This document shows, piece after piece, positions 25,618 to 36,203 of a stretch of 64,000 bases of DNA. The first letter of the stretch is position 1, and every line of letters starts with the position of its first letter. Source of the stretch: an uncultured Bacilli bacterium (GTDB lineage Bacteria; Bacillota_I; Bacilli_A; RF39; UBA660); NCBI GenBank assembly GCA_944332715.1, contig CALVKN010000001.1, positions 13,415 to 77,414 on the forward strand. The letters run 5' to 3'. The position numbers and the translations under genes were made by a program. The notes under the pieces were generated by a model. It was not told where the DNA came from. It saw nothing but the letters and a program-made list of their open reading frames with translations, and ran no database searches.

Positions 25618-27567
25618 TTAATTTACACCACTAGCCAAGTAGTTTGTTATATCCTTAGTTATCTTGCTTGCTCCATAATACATAGTATCATTACTTCCGT
25701 TATTGTGTGATATATTTGGTGTTATCACAACTACACTATATCTAGGATCATCTGCTGGAAAATAACCTGCAAAAGTTGAAGAAATAGTAGCAACATCAAC
25801 TAATCCATCAGAGTTACTATCATAAAATGATTCACTAGTACCAGTTTTTCCTGCAGCATTAAGTGAAGCATCAACATATATCTTACCAGTTCCTTCGCTT
25901 AAAACCATTTTTAAGCCTTCCCTAATTCTGTTTAAATATTCTAAACTTAAATCTACCTTATTTAAAACATTTACTTCATTGCTCAATATTACTTCTCCTT
26001 CATTATTTCTTATCTCTTTCATTAAACTTAAAGCCGCTCTTTCCCCGGTTGCCATTGTATTTATATATTGTAATACTTCAACTGGTGTATATGTATCATA
26101 CTGCCCTATAGCTAAATTAAGAAGTAAGTCATCTGCAACTGTTGAACCAATTATACCAATTTGTTCTCCTGGTAAATCGATGCCAGTTTTAACACCAAGG
26201 CCGAAACTTGCAAGCATATTACGGTATAACGCAAAGTGTTCACTCGTTGCATTTAACTGCATATTTCTCGTATAAGTATTACCCGTAATACCAATAGCAA
26301 TTAAATACTGAAAATAATTTGATGAATAAGCTAGGGCACTTAGATCATTAATGCGGCCTAAACTTTTGAAACTACATTTCTCCGGTACCAAATATAATTT
26401 AACACAAGAATCTGTTATATACTTACCCATTTCAATTAAACCATATTTATAACCAACAGCAATAGTTGCACCCTTTACTGCTGAACCAATTGTAAAAGAT
26501 TTATTTATCGTATTAAGGGATATATCACTCCATGTATCATCATCATTTCGCCTTACCCCAGAAATAGCAAGAATGCTTCCCGTATTAGGATCACTCACTA
26601 AAGCATAAGAATCTTTATAATAATCTGTATTAGGATATTTATCCCCCAAAACTATTTTTTCTTTTATTATTTCTTCTACCTTCAATTGTAAATTAATATC
26701 AATTGATAATACTAAATCATTACCTCTTAGTTCTTCTGAAACTTTAGTTAATGTATTATCACTATTTACTTTGTATACAGCCTTTGTTCCTTTTAAATAT
26801 TCTTCATATTCCCGCTCTAAATAACTTATACCCACAATATCTGTAAGTTCATACCCATTACTTAAATAATCACTACTTTCTTCTTCTGGAATACTTCCAA
26901 TACTACCTAAAATATTTTTTAAAGTATCTCCATAAGGATAAGTTCTCTCCCATGATAATTCACCTGTAACACCTGGTAATCCCAACTCAATCACTTTAGC
27001 ATATTCACTTTCACTAACATCTTTTAAAATAACCTTTTTCGTATAACTATATCCATTATTCATTAAACTATATATGTGTGCTGCCTGTCTTTCTAATTCA
27101 CTAAATTTATTTAACTCTTCATCTGTAATTCTTTCTAGTTTTAACGCATTAATATCTTTACTAGTTAACTTTCTTTCTTCAAATAACTCATATTCTTCAT
27201 CAGTAATTAAATACTTACCATTATTATTTATCGCTAACCAATAAGCTTTAAGTTCATTTATATCTCCTCCATCCATAGTAAGTATACTTGCAAGTCTGTT
27301 AGCAATATCTACCTCATTACTAGTTGTAATACCTTCTAATTTTTGATAATAAATTGTCTTTACTCCGATATTATCCACTAAAACATTGCCATTAGTATCA
27401 AGTATTCTACCTCTCGGGGCACTACTACCTAAAACCGTAATTTCCGTTTTTTCCATTAACTTTTCTTGATATTCTTCATAATTACTTCTAATAATTAATA
27501 ATCTAACTAGTAATATACTAAATAAAAAAATAAATAATATATAATAAAAATATTTTCTTTTTTTCAT
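25618..27567 (-). CDS. class B penicillin-binding protein (PBP2B/SpoVD-type transpeptidase)
   Basis: Start at MKKRKYFYYILF (TM anchor). Motifs SxxK (SAVK), SxN (SSN) and KTG (KTGTS). Confidence 0.85.
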   Translation of the reverse strand: MKKRKYFYYILFIFLFSILLVRLLIIRSNYEEYQEKLMEKTEITVLGSSAPRGRILDTNGNVLVDNIGVKTIYYQKLEGITTSNEVDIANRLASILTMDGGDINELKAYWLAINNNGKYLITDEEYELFEERKLTSKDINALKLERITDEELNKFSELERQAAHIYSLMNNGYSYTKKVILKDVSESEYAKVIELGLPGVTGELSWERTYPYGDTLKNILGSIGSIPEEESSDYLSNGYELTDIVGISYLEREYEEYLKGTKAVYKVNSDNTLTKVSEELRGNDLVLSIDINLQLKVEEIIKEKIVLGDKYPNTDYYKDSYALVSDPNTGSILAISGVRRNDDDTWSDISLNTINKSFTIGSAVKGATIAVGYKYGLIEMGKYITDSCVKLYLVPEKCSFKSLGRINDLSALAYSSNYFQYLIAIGITGNTYTRNMQLNATSEHFALYRNMLASFGLGVKTGIDLPGEQIGIIGSTVADDLLLNLAIGQYDTYTPVEVLQYINTMATGERAALSLMKEIRNNEGEVILSNEVNVLNKVDLSLEYLNRIREGLKMVLSEGTGKIYVDASLNAAGKTGTSESFYDSNSDGLVDVATISSTFAGYFPADDPRYSVVVITPNISHNNGSNDTMYYGASKITKDITNYLASGVN

Positions 27568-27619
27568 ACTATTAGTATTTCTTTTTAAAGTGTTTTCATA
27601 CAATATACTAGGTGATTTC

Positions 27620-27880
27620 ATGTATAATATAATAGAATTATATATAAATAAGTTAAGGAAGGAAGATGTTGCTAACTTTGCCATTAGTAAAGGAGTTTAT
27701 TTAAGTAATGAGGAATTAAACTTTACATATGACTTTATTAAAAAAAATTGGAAAGATATTGTAAAAAACCCTAGTCTTTTTGAAATTGATCGCTATAAAA
27801 ATAAATATACTCCCGAAAACTTTATCAAGATTAAAAAAGTCTTCCAGGAGTATTTTCAAAAATTTAGAAACTACTTATAA
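27620..27880 (+). CDS. DUF2624 (YqfT-like) protein
   Basis: 86 aa starting from MYNIIELYINKL. Adjacent to nfo, as for B. subtilis yqfT-yqfS. Confidence 0.5.
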   Translation: MYNIIELYINKLRKEDVANFAISKGVYLSNEELNFTYDFIKKNWKDIVKNPSLFEIDRYKNKYTPENFIKIKKVFQEYFQKFRNYL

Positions 27881-28761
27881 AGTTCTTTTAAGTCGGCTTC
27901 TAAATTAGGATTAAATTTTTTAGATTTTATCATATCAATCTCTAATTTATATGGCGGATAGTCTCCCACCCAAGGTGTTTCTAATATTTTAGGAACATCT
28001 TTTAATTTAGGATTATATAAAACATTAATTAAATTATCAAACCCAATTGTTCCATAACCAATATTAGCATGTCTATCTTTGTGTGATCCAATTACATTTT
28101 TTGAATCATTTACATGCACACATTTTATTTTATCAATACCAATACATTCATCAAATTCTTTTAAATAATCATCAAATGCCGCAATATCTACACCTGAATC
28201 ATTCAAATGACAAGTATCTAGACAAATACCCACGTGTTCCTTTTTTTCTACACCATTTAATATTTCTTTTAATTCATATAAATTAATTCCGCATTCTGTT
28301 CCTTTACCTGCCATTGTTTCTAATAAAATCATTGGAGAGTCATCCTCTAAAATTAAGTTTAAGGCTTCTGCTATATTAGCTAAAGCTGTCATTCTATCAA
28401 GTTTTAAAGAATTTCCTGGATGAAGTACCATATATGAAACATTCATCTTTTTTATCCTAGTCAATTCATTTTTCACAAAGCTTATTGAAAAATTCCAAGA
28501 CTCTTCCTTTTCCTTATTAGCAAGATTTATTATATATGGTGCATGACATATGACATTTTTTATATCTATTCCATTTTCTTTCATATATGTAAATGCTTCC
28601 TCAGTTAAATTAACATCAATATCTTTTCTTATTGTATTTTGCGGAGCCCCAGTATAAAACATAAATGTATTTGCTCCATAACTAACTGCAGACTTAGCAG
28701 AACCTAACAATTGTTCTGAATTAAAATTTACATGAGAACCTATAATCACTTCAATCACCAT
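27871..28761 (-). CDS. nfo: endonuclease IV
   Basis: HAPYIINLA, VLHPG, CLDTCH and HVNDS metal-ligand motifs. Confidence 0.9.
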   Translation of the reverse strand: MVIEVIIGSHVNFNSEQLLGSAKSAVSYGANTFMFYTGAPQNTIRKDIDVNLTEEAFTYMKENGIDIKNVICHAPYIINLANKEKEESWNFSISFVKNELTRIKKMNVSYMVLHPGNSLKLDRMTALANIAEALNLILEDDSPMILLETMAGKGTECGINLYELKEILNGVEKKEHVGICLDTCHLNDSGVDIAAFDDYLKEFDECIGIDKIKCVHVNDSKNVIGSHKDRHANIGYGTIGFDNLINVLYNPKLKDVPKILETPWVGDYPPYKLEIDMIKSKKFNPNLEADLKELYK

Positions 28762-28809
28762 TTTAAGTATACCATTTTTTGAAAAGAAAAAACAGAACTT
28801 TTTGTTCTG

Positions 28810-29298
28810 TTAACCAGTACTACATGTACCATTAAATGCTTCCTTGTCCCAATCGACAACATCAGCTTCAGTTATATCTTCATTATATGTACCATCATTA
28901 CCAGCACCATTAACCATCATTGTTTCATCTTTTTGAATATAAACGGTATATAAATATATATTTCCCTTTTTCTTTACTACAACTTGTCCCGAGTAATTTT
29001 CAGGGCTAAGTTCCGTATAACCAGCATTATATAAAGCCTCAATACTTATACAAACTTCTTCATTTCCTATTGGAAGTGATACACTACCAGCATCAGACAC
29101 CCACATTGAACTCATGAAATATGTATTAGCTGCATCAATTGCTCCGTTTGCTTCAATTGCAAATGTTTGTCTTCTTGCACTATCCATCGCAGGTAATACA
29201 GCTTGTAAAGCAATTAACATAACAATTGCTAAAACAACTATAACTGCTAACAATTCAACTAATGTAAAACCTCTTCTACTATTAATTTTTTTATTCAT
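28810..29298 (-). CDS. type IV pilin/pseudopilin-like protein (prepilin N-terminal methylation motif)
   Basis: RRG|FTLVELLAVIVVLAIVMLIAL. A terminator (AACAGAAC-AAAAA-GTTCTGTT + T-run, minus strand) follows. Confidence 0.75.
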   Translation of the reverse strand: MNKKINSRRGFTLVELLAVIVVLAIVMLIALQAVLPAMDSARRQTFAIEANGAIDAANTYFMSSMWVSDAGSVSLPIGNEEVCISIEALYNAGYTELSPENYSGQVVVKKKGNIYLYTVYIQKDETMMVNGAGNDGTYNEDITEADVVDWDKEAFNGTCSTG

Positions 29299-29363
29299 GG
29301 TTTTTGTACACCTCTCTATGATTAAATATACTATAAATATGCAAATTAGTCAATATTATATTT

Positions 29364-29585
29364 TTATTTTAATACATTAAGTACTGAACTAATTAAGTCA
29401 ATATTTTCTACTACATTACTTATTTTATCCGTTACTCTTTCTTTATATACAGCCTTCATTTTATCTTGAAAACTTTTAAAATCTATTACCCCCCGATTAA
29501 AATCTTTTATATAATAAGAATTCTCTTTTAAATGTAAATAATCCTTAGGACTATTTTTAAAAGACATTTGTATATATAGTTGCAT
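29364..29585 (-). CDS. YlbE-like protein
   Basis: 73 aa, immediately downstream of the ylbD-like gene. Pattern similar to B. subtilis YlbE (from memory). Confidence 0.4.
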   Translation of the reverse strand: MQLYIQMSFKNSPKDYLHLKENSYYIKDFNRGVIDFKSFQDKMKAVYKERVTDKISNVVENIDLISSVLNVLK

Positions 29586-29947
29586 TAATCCTCAAAAAAC
29601 TTATTTAATGGCCTTGGGGCAACTGGTCCTTTATTTAAATTATTTGGTATATTTTGTGGTGCTTTTTTAGTTAAATCTTGAACAAAGTCAATTGCTTTTT
29701 GGGCGGTATTGATATGACTTTTAATCGAATTAACATCAACATTTTTAACCATATTAGTTATCTTACTAATACTATCAGTTACATTGCCTCGATCATTATT
29801 TAAAATGTATTTATTCCACACATTTTCATCTTCTCCATAAAGATCATACAATTCATAAAATTTCTGCCAAGTCATTTCACCACTTTGTACATATTTAATT
29901 AGTTCTGGTTTAGTTTTAACAAAATTTCTAAATGCTTCATTTTTCAC
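29585..29947 (-). CDS. YlbD-like putative coat protein
   Basis: FRNFVKTKPELIKYVQSGEMTWQKFYELYDLYGEDENVWNKY parallels YlbD FKQFVKKHP..V..G...WQ..YE.W.L.GED..W..Y. Confidence 0.55.
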   Translation of the reverse strand: MKNEAFRNFVKTKPELIKYVQSGEMTWQKFYELYDLYGEDENVWNKYILNNDRGNVTDSISKITNMVKNVDVNSIKSHINTAQKAIDFVQDLTKKAPQNIPNNLNKGPVAPRPLNKFFED

Positions 29948-29992
29948 AAAAAATCACCCACTAAATTTTATGTATTTAGTGAGTGTTTTATC

Positions 29993-32485
29993 CTAAATTT
30001 TAAAATCTTCAACAAAAGATGCAAAGGATAATTGTTCATTTTCGCGTTTTACAACATTTTCTTCCTTAGGCTCTTTTTTATCATCTCTAATTAGATTAAT
30101 ATCTTCTGCTTTTAAAGCCCATAAATCGACATTATCTTTACTTATAACACTACCTGTACTAGATATATCCATTATAGGTATTTCACTATTTTTAATTTCT
30201 TTAAAATCTGTATCCATTTTACCTAAATTTATATCTTTACTAGTTGTTAAATAAGCAAAATCCACTTTATAATCTTTTGTCTTAGCCTTCTTAAATAACA
30301 TATTACCTTTTTTAGCTCTCGTTATTAAAGCAAGTTCACTTAATTTTAATCTTTTAGCAGTTTTTTGGTTAGTAAATACATTTAAATATTCTACTTCTTC
30401 AGGTATAGTAAATGCATAAATTACATAATCATCTTTTAAGTTAATTCCTTTTACACCACTTGCTTTAACACCCACAATTGGTATTTCGCTTGTCTTAAAT
30501 CTTAAATACAAACCATTATGAGTAACAAATAATGTATCGTCTTTATATATACTTACATTTACTAATTCATCCCCTTCTTTTAACTTTATAGCAGTAAGAG
30601 GTTTAGAATATCTAGTTACTTCAAAATCTTTAAGTAACACTTGTTTAGTTAAACCATTTTTAGTAAATAACACTACACTCTTATCTTTATCCTTTAAAAT
30701 CATACTAGCAACTACTTTTTCATCTTCTTTAATTACTATTGTATTACTAATATGTTTACCTAAATCTTTCCACTTACATTCCGGCAATTTGTGAATTGGC
30801 AAATACAAATAATTTCCTAAGTTAGTAAATAAAAGTAATGTATCTTGCGTACTAACAAAATATTTACTTCTAACAAAATCTCCTGGTTTTAAAGTAGTTT
30901 CCTCATCACTAGAATTATGACTTTTTAAACTTACTCTTTTTACATAACCATCGTTTGTTACTACAACTACAACTTTCTCATTAGGTATCATTTCTTTGAC
31001 ATCTACTTTTATTTCAGTTACAGTATCCCTTATTTCAGTTTTTCGCGGGATAGCATAGTTTTTCTTTACTTCCCTAAGTTCTGTCTTCATAACATTTTTA
31101 AGTTTACTTTCATCATTTAATATTTCTTCACATTCTTTTATTAATGCTTGATACCGTTCACACTCTTCTTCTAAAGAAACTATATCCGTATTAGTTAAAC
31201 GATATAATTGAAGTGTTACAATTGCTTCTGCTTGTTCTTCGGTAAACCCAAACTTTTCTACCAAATTATTTTTAGCATCACCCTTATTTTTACTTGCTCT
31301 AATTACTTTAATTACTTCATCAAGTATTGATATTGCTTTAATTAAACCAGTTACAATATGATAATTTTTTTGGTAATATGCTAAATCAAATTCCGTTCTT
31401 TTAGTTATTACTTCCCTTTGATGAGCAATGTAAGCATCTAGTATTTCAAGTATTCCTAAAGTTTTAGGAGTCCTATTTACAATGGCAACCATATTATAAT
31501 TATATGATATTTGTAAATCCGTATTTTTAAGTAAATACATCATTATTAAATCTTTATTAGCACCGGTCTTTAAATCGATTACTATTCTTAAGCCTTCCCT
31601 GTCGGTTTCATCTCTAACTTCTGCAATACCATCAATTTTTTTATCAATTCTAATACCTTCAAGTTTAGTAACTAAATTAAGTTTATTTACATCAAAAGGT
31701 ATTTCACTAATTATTATTTGTTCTTTACCTTTTTCTTTTTTAAATTCATATTTACTTTGAACTACTACTCTTCCTCTACCAGTTTTAAAAGCATCAATTA
31801 TCCCTTGTTTACCCTCTGCTATTCCTCCGGTTGGAAAATCTGGTCCTTTAACTATATCTAAAATAGTATCTAAATAGCAATTTGGTGAATCGATTCTTTT
31901 TATTGTTGCATCGATTATTTCTCCTAAATTGTGGGGCGGTATATTTGTTGCATATCCTGCCGAAATACCATTCGTCCCATTTACTAGTAAATTAGGAAAT
32001 CTTGCTGGAAGTACAGTGGGTTCTAATAATCTATCATCAAAATTTGGTGCCCAAGAAATTGTATTTTTATCTAAATCTTTTAAGAGTTCACCACTAATCT
32101 TAGCAAGCCTTGCTTCTGTATAACGATATGCAGCCGGAGGATCCCCATCCATTGAACCATTATTTCCATGGATATCAATTAAAATATGATTTTGTTTCCA
32201 CCACTGACTCATTCTAACCATTGCATCATATACAGAAGAATCTCCATGTGGATGATACTTACCTAAAACATCTCCAACAGTTGTGGCACATTTTAAATAC
32301 CCCTTATCCCAAGTATTGCCATTTTTAAACATCGCATATAAAATTCTTCTTTGTACTGGTTTAAGTCCATCCCTAACATCAGGAATTGCTCTATCTTGAA
32401 TTATTTCTTTAGCATACTTAGCAAATCTATCACCCATTATTTCTTCTAAAGAATAATCTTCAATTCTTTTTATTACATTTTCCAT
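29993..32485 (-). CDS. parC: DNA topoisomerase IV subunit A
   Basis: The GDRFAKYAKEIIQDRAIPDVRDGLKPVQRRILYAM N-terminus is ParC-type rather than GyrA-type. Follows parE. Confidence 0.85.
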   Translation of the reverse strand: MENVIKRIEDYSLEEIMGDRFAKYAKEIIQDRAIPDVRDGLKPVQRRILYAMFKNGNTWDKGYLKCATTVGDVLGKYHPHGDSSVYDAMVRMSQWWKQNHILIDIHGNNGSMDGDPPAAYRYTEARLAKISGELLKDLDKNTISWAPNFDDRLLEPTVLPARFPNLLVNGTNGISAGYATNIPPHNLGEIIDATIKRIDSPNCYLDTILDIVKGPDFPTGGIAEGKQGIIDAFKTGRGRVVVQSKYEFKKEKGKEQIIISEIPFDVNKLNLVTKLEGIRIDKKIDGIAEVRDETDREGLRIVIDLKTGANKDLIMMYLLKNTDLQISYNYNMVAIVNRTPKTLGILEILDAYIAHQREVITKRTEFDLAYYQKNYHIVTGLIKAISILDEVIKVIRASKNKGDAKNNLVEKFGFTEEQAEAIVTLQLYRLTNTDIVSLEEECERYQALIKECEEILNDESKLKNVMKTELREVKKNYAIPRKTEIRDTVTEIKVDVKEMIPNEKVVVVVTNDGYVKRVSLKSHNSSDEETTLKPGDFVRSKYFVSTQDTLLLFTNLGNYLYLPIHKLPECKWKDLGKHISNTIVIKEDEKVVASMILKDKDKSVVLFTKNGLTKQVLLKDFEVTRYSKPLTAIKLKEGDELVNVSIYKDDTLFVTHNGLYLRFKTSEIPIVGVKASGVKGINLKDDYVIYAFTIPEEVEYLNVFTNQKTAKRLKLSELALITRAKKGNMLFKKAKTKDYKVDFAYLTTSKDINLGKMDTDFKEIKNSEIPIMDISSTGSVISKDNVDLWALKAEDINLIRDDKKEPKEENVVKRENEQLSFASFVEDFKI

Positions 32486-32488
32486 TTA

Positions 32489-34393
32489 TTACACCGCCCT
32501 GTAATTATCTTCCATTGTAAATACAACATTTTCATTAATCCATTCTTTACGTGGTTCTACTTTATCTCCCATTAGCACATTTATCCTTTTTTCAGCTAAA
32601 GCTGCATCATTAATATTTACTCTAATTAAACTACGTGTATCTGGATTCATTGTTGTATCCCAAAGTTGATCAGGATTCATTTCCCCTAACCCTTTATATC
32701 TTTGAATCGAATACTTACCGGTATTTTCCCTTTTTATTTCATCTAATTCCTCATCACTGTACGCATAAAATCTTTTCTTACCATAATCAAGTTTATATAA
32801 AGGAGGCATAGCGATATAAAGCTTTCCAGCTTCAATTAACCCCCGCATATAGCGATAGAAAAATGTCAAAAGAAGTGTTTGAATATGTGCTCCATCGACA
32901 TCGGCATCGGTCATAATAATTACTTTATCATAATTAGAATCAGCAACATCAAAATCTTGACCTACTCCAGCACCAATAGTATAAATTAATGTATTTATTT
33001 CTTCATTTTTCATGAGTTCTTCAACATTAGTTTTCTCACTATTAATAACTTTACCACGTAAAGGCAGTATTGCTTGAAATTTTCTATCTCTTCCCCCTTT
33101 AGCAGAACCACCTGCTGAATCTCCTTCGACAATAAATAATTCATTTATTTTAGGATTTTTACTCCCCGCTGGAGCTAGTTTACTAGATAAATTTCTTTCT
33201 TGTTTTTTCGATTTACCATTTCTTGCTTCTTCTCTTGCCTTACGGGCTGCTTCTCTAGCAACTTTACTTTTCATTGCCTTATCAAGTATGGATGTTGCTA
33301 CTTCTTTATTTTCTTCTAAATAAAATTTGAGTGCCTCATAAGTAATACTTTCAGTTACACTTCTGGCCTCAGGTGTCCCAAGCTTACCCTTAGTTTGTCC
33401 TTCAAATTGTAATAATTCTTCTGGAATACGCAAACTAATAACAGCAGATAAACCTTCTCTTACATCACTACCATCAAGAGTACCATCTTTTGCTTTAAAA
33501 ATATTATTACTCTTTGCATAATCATTAAATGCTTTAGTAATACCTGTTTTAAAACCAACTTCGTGAGTTCCACCATCAACAGTTTTAACATTATTTACAA
33601 AAGATAAAATATTTTCATTATAAGTATCGGTATATTGCATGGCAACATCTACTTCAATTTTACTCTTAGTATTACTAAAATTAATTACTTTATGTAAAGT
33701 ATTTTTACCTTCATTCATATATTCAACAAAACTAATAAGCCCATTATCATAATGAAATTTAGCTTGTTTTTTATCTTCTTCATCGATTACTTCAATCGTA
33801 AGTCCACTTAACAAAAAAGCACTTTCTTGCATTCTTTCATAAATTGTTGTATAAGAAAATTGTGTCGTTTTAAATATTTCTGGATCGGGCAAAAATTTAA
33901 CAATAGTTCCCGTTTTATTAGTTTTACCAACTGTTTTAAGTGGAGTCTTAACATGCCCACCATTTTCAAATTCAATCATGGAAATTAAGCCATCACGATA
34001 AATTACCACTTGCATGCTCTTACTTAAAGCATTAACAACACTAGCACCAACACCGTGAAGCCCTCCACTTACTTTATATCCAGCTTCACTAAATTTACCA
34101 CCAGCATGTAAAACGGTATAAATTACCTCAGGTGTACTCTTGCCAGTTTCATGCATTCCAATGGGAACTCCACGCCCATTATCTGCAACTGTAATACTAC
34201 CATCTTTATTAATAATAACTTTAATATAATTACCATAACCATTAATAACTTCATCGATGGAATTATCAACAATTTCCCAAACCAAATGATGAAGTCCTCG
34301 TTTATCTGTTGACCCAATATACATACCAGGTCTTTTACGGACTGCTTCTAATCCTTCTAAAACTTTTATCGATGTTTCATCATATTTTGCCAT
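32489..34393 (-). CDS. parE: DNA topoisomerase IV subunit B
   Basis: IKVLEGLEAVRKRPGMYIGSTDKRGLHHLVWEIVDNSIDE, plus Toprim EGDSAGG. Confidence 0.85.
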   Translation of the reverse strand: MAKYDETSIKVLEGLEAVRKRPGMYIGSTDKRGLHHLVWEIVDNSIDEVINGYGNYIKVIINKDGSITVADNGRGVPIGMHETGKSTPEVIYTVLHAGGKFSEAGYKVSGGLHGVGASVVNALSKSMQVVIYRDGLISMIEFENGGHVKTPLKTVGKTNKTGTIVKFLPDPEIFKTTQFSYTTIYERMQESAFLLSGLTIEVIDEEDKKQAKFHYDNGLISFVEYMNEGKNTLHKVINFSNTKSKIEVDVAMQYTDTYNENILSFVNNVKTVDGGTHEVGFKTGITKAFNDYAKSNNIFKAKDGTLDGSDVREGLSAVISLRIPEELLQFEGQTKGKLGTPEARSVTESITYEALKFYLEENKEVATSILDKAMKSKVAREAARKAREEARNGKSKKQERNLSSKLAPAGSKNPKINELFIVEGDSAGGSAKGGRDRKFQAILPLRGKVINSEKTNVEELMKNEEINTLIYTIGAGVGQDFDVADSNYDKVIIMTDADVDGAHIQTLLLTFFYRYMRGLIEAGKLYIAMPPLYKLDYGKKRFYAYSDEELDEIKRENTGKYSIQRYKGLGEMNPDQLWDTTMNPDTRSLIRVNINDAALAEKRINVLMGDKVEPRKEWINENVVFTMEDNYRAV

Positions 34394-34589
34394 ATCTTAT
34401 TCACCTAACCCATTATAACAAGAAAAACGCGATAAAATCAACATTTATCGCAAATTTACATCAAAAATTGTTTAATTCTTAACTGTTGCATATCACAACT
34501 ATATTTTTTCTTTTTTTCTTTATTAATATCAGGTATTTCCCTTAATAAAACCCGTAAAAAAATTACCGTTTCAACATCTTCATTTTCAG

Positions 34590-35198
34590 TTAAAATATTT
34601 GACAGTTCAAAAAAACGCTACGAATTTCTTCTTTACTAAAAGCTCTCCTAATTGCCTTTTTAGCGGCACTTTTAACCCTATGTTTATTATTAACTGCTAT
34701 AACTAAATCATTTAAAGTATCATTTGAAATGTCTCCAAATAAACTAATTTGTTCATCATCTACTGAGACAATGCCAAGTAAGAACTCATCTGTAAAAGGA
34801 ACCCTTTTTACATCTTCCCAAATCTCTTCTGGAATAATTTTTCCCTCAAATAATCTTGGAAACCATTTTACAATCTTCGCATAAACCACTGGAGTATAAT
34901 AATCTAAAATACGATCATATAAAAGTTTAGCACCAATAGATAATAAAGTAGCATTACTACAAGGCTCAATTTCATCTAATGTTTGTTGCAACGCTAATAT
35001 TTTCTTTAGTGCTCCAACAATTCCAAAAGTTAATACCAAATCATTAATTTGTTCTTTTAATCTTTTTTCAATTACCAAAATTGAATCATCTTTACTTATT
35101 TTACTATTATCAACAATATCTAAATTAATTAATTCATCAACGGAAATATTATTATTTAATATTTCTATAATTCTATCAATTACTAAACTTTCTACCAT
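34590..35198 (-). CDS. hypothetical protein, probably truncated by a 1-nt homopolymer frameshift (see findings)
   Basis: ORF MVESLVIDRII..., with the start 9 nt after GTGAGG. The reading frame continues for 50 more codons in another frame after the A7 run at 34609-34615. Confidence 0.45.
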   Translation of the reverse strand: MVESLVIDRIIEILNNNISVDELINLDIVDNSKISKDDSILVIEKRLKEQINDLVLTFGIVGALKKILALQQTLDEIEPCSNATLLSIGAKLLYDRILDYYTPVVYAKIVKWFPRLFEGKIIPEEIWEDVKRVPFTDEFLLGIVSVDDEQISLFGDISNDTLNDLVIAVNNKHRVKSAAKKAIRRAFSKEEIRSVFLNCQIF

Positions 35199-35264
35199 AT
35201 TATTCATCCTCACTTGGATATCTATTATATAATAAAGCAAAGAAAAAGCCAACATAATTGTTGA

Positions 35265-36203
35265 CTATTTAATGTTATAAGTTTCACCAGATATATCATC
35301 AAAATTAAACGCTTTTGCCTCTTCCTTATTTTCTTCTTTCTTCTTTGGCATCTTAAGTGGTGGAAGTTCTATTGCCTCTTCATCATCATCTTGAATAGAA
35401 AATAAACTAGTTTTAGAAACTTCTTCCTTTTTTTCTTCAGGCTTTATTTCTTCTTTTGTTCCTTCTATAACAGGTTCTTCTTTTTTAACAAATACCGAAC
35501 TAAATACTTGTGGTCCTGGTTTAAAAGGCTTAGTTTCATTTCTTTCTATTACTTTTTCTTTCTTAGTTTCCGTATTTATTTCTTTTACATCAGGTATCTT
35601 TATACTATCAAATTCATTTTTAATATTTTCAAGTTCTCCAAGATCTTTTTCAATAGTTAAATCATCAAAATTAATTTCATCTAACTTAATTGGTTTATCT
35701 TCTTCTTCCATGTCACTAAGTAAAGGTTTAACTGTAGTATTTTCGTGTTTTTCTTCTTTGTCTAGAGTTACATCTTCCTTATTTTCTTCAACACTAATAG
35801 GTTCAAAAGTAGTAACATTTACTTCTTCACTATCTTCTTTTGTTTCCTTTGTAGCAATTGGTAACACTTGCGTATCATCAAATATAGACTTTGGAGTTTT
35901 TACTTCTTCAGTTACTTTTTCTTCTGTAACTTCCGTTTTTACTTCTTCTTTATTTTCTGCACTTTCCAAAGTTACATTTTCTTGTTTTTCTTCTTTAACC
36001 TCAACCTTTGCCACTTCATCATTTTTTTCTTCTTTAAAAGCATCTACATCAATTTTTTGTAATCTTTTAGTTTCTTCTAGTTTTTGATCTCTTTTACCAA
36101 ATATAAGAACTAAAACAAATAAAACAATTAGTATTACTAAGGCAATTGTAAGGTACAAAACAAAATTATCATTTTGATATAGTTCATATATGAAATCCAT
36201 CAT
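35265..36203 (-). CDS. membrane-anchored Glu/Lys-rich low-complexity protein
   Basis: N-terminal TM segment (FVLYLTIALVILIVLFVLVLIF), then about 270 aa of E/K/V/T-rich sequence. Confidence 0.55.
   Translation of the reverse strand: MMDFIYELYQNDNFVLYLTIALVILIVLFVLVLIFGKRDQKLEETKRLQKIDVDAFKEEKNDEVAKVEVKEEKQENVTLESAENKEEVKTEVTEEKVTEEVKTPKSIFDDTQVLPIATKETKEDSEEVNVTTFEPISVEENKEDVTLDKEEKHENTTVKPLLSDMEEEDKPIKLDEINFDDLTIEKDLGELENIKNEFDSIKIPDVKEINTETKKEKVIERNETKPFKPGPQVFSSVFVKKEEPVIEGTKEEIKPEEKKEEVSKTSLFSIQDDDEEAIELPPLKMPKKKEENKEEAKAFNFDDISGETYNIK

Noticed and set aside
27590-27619. Upstream extension of the DUF2624 ORF and the long N-terminal extension of the PBP ORF (27568-27684)
   Set aside because: The two divergent ORFs would overlap head to head. 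Internal starts (MYNIIELY at 27620 and MKKRKYF at 27567) give the expected N-termini.
29993-34393. gyrB-gyrA rather than parE-parC
   Set aside because: The A subunit N-terminus (GDRFAKYAKEIIQDRAIPDVRDGLKPVQRRILY) follows the ParC pattern rather than the GyrA pattern. There is no dnaA, dnaN or recF context. The call therefore stays topoisomerase IV, although only a phylogeny would settle it.
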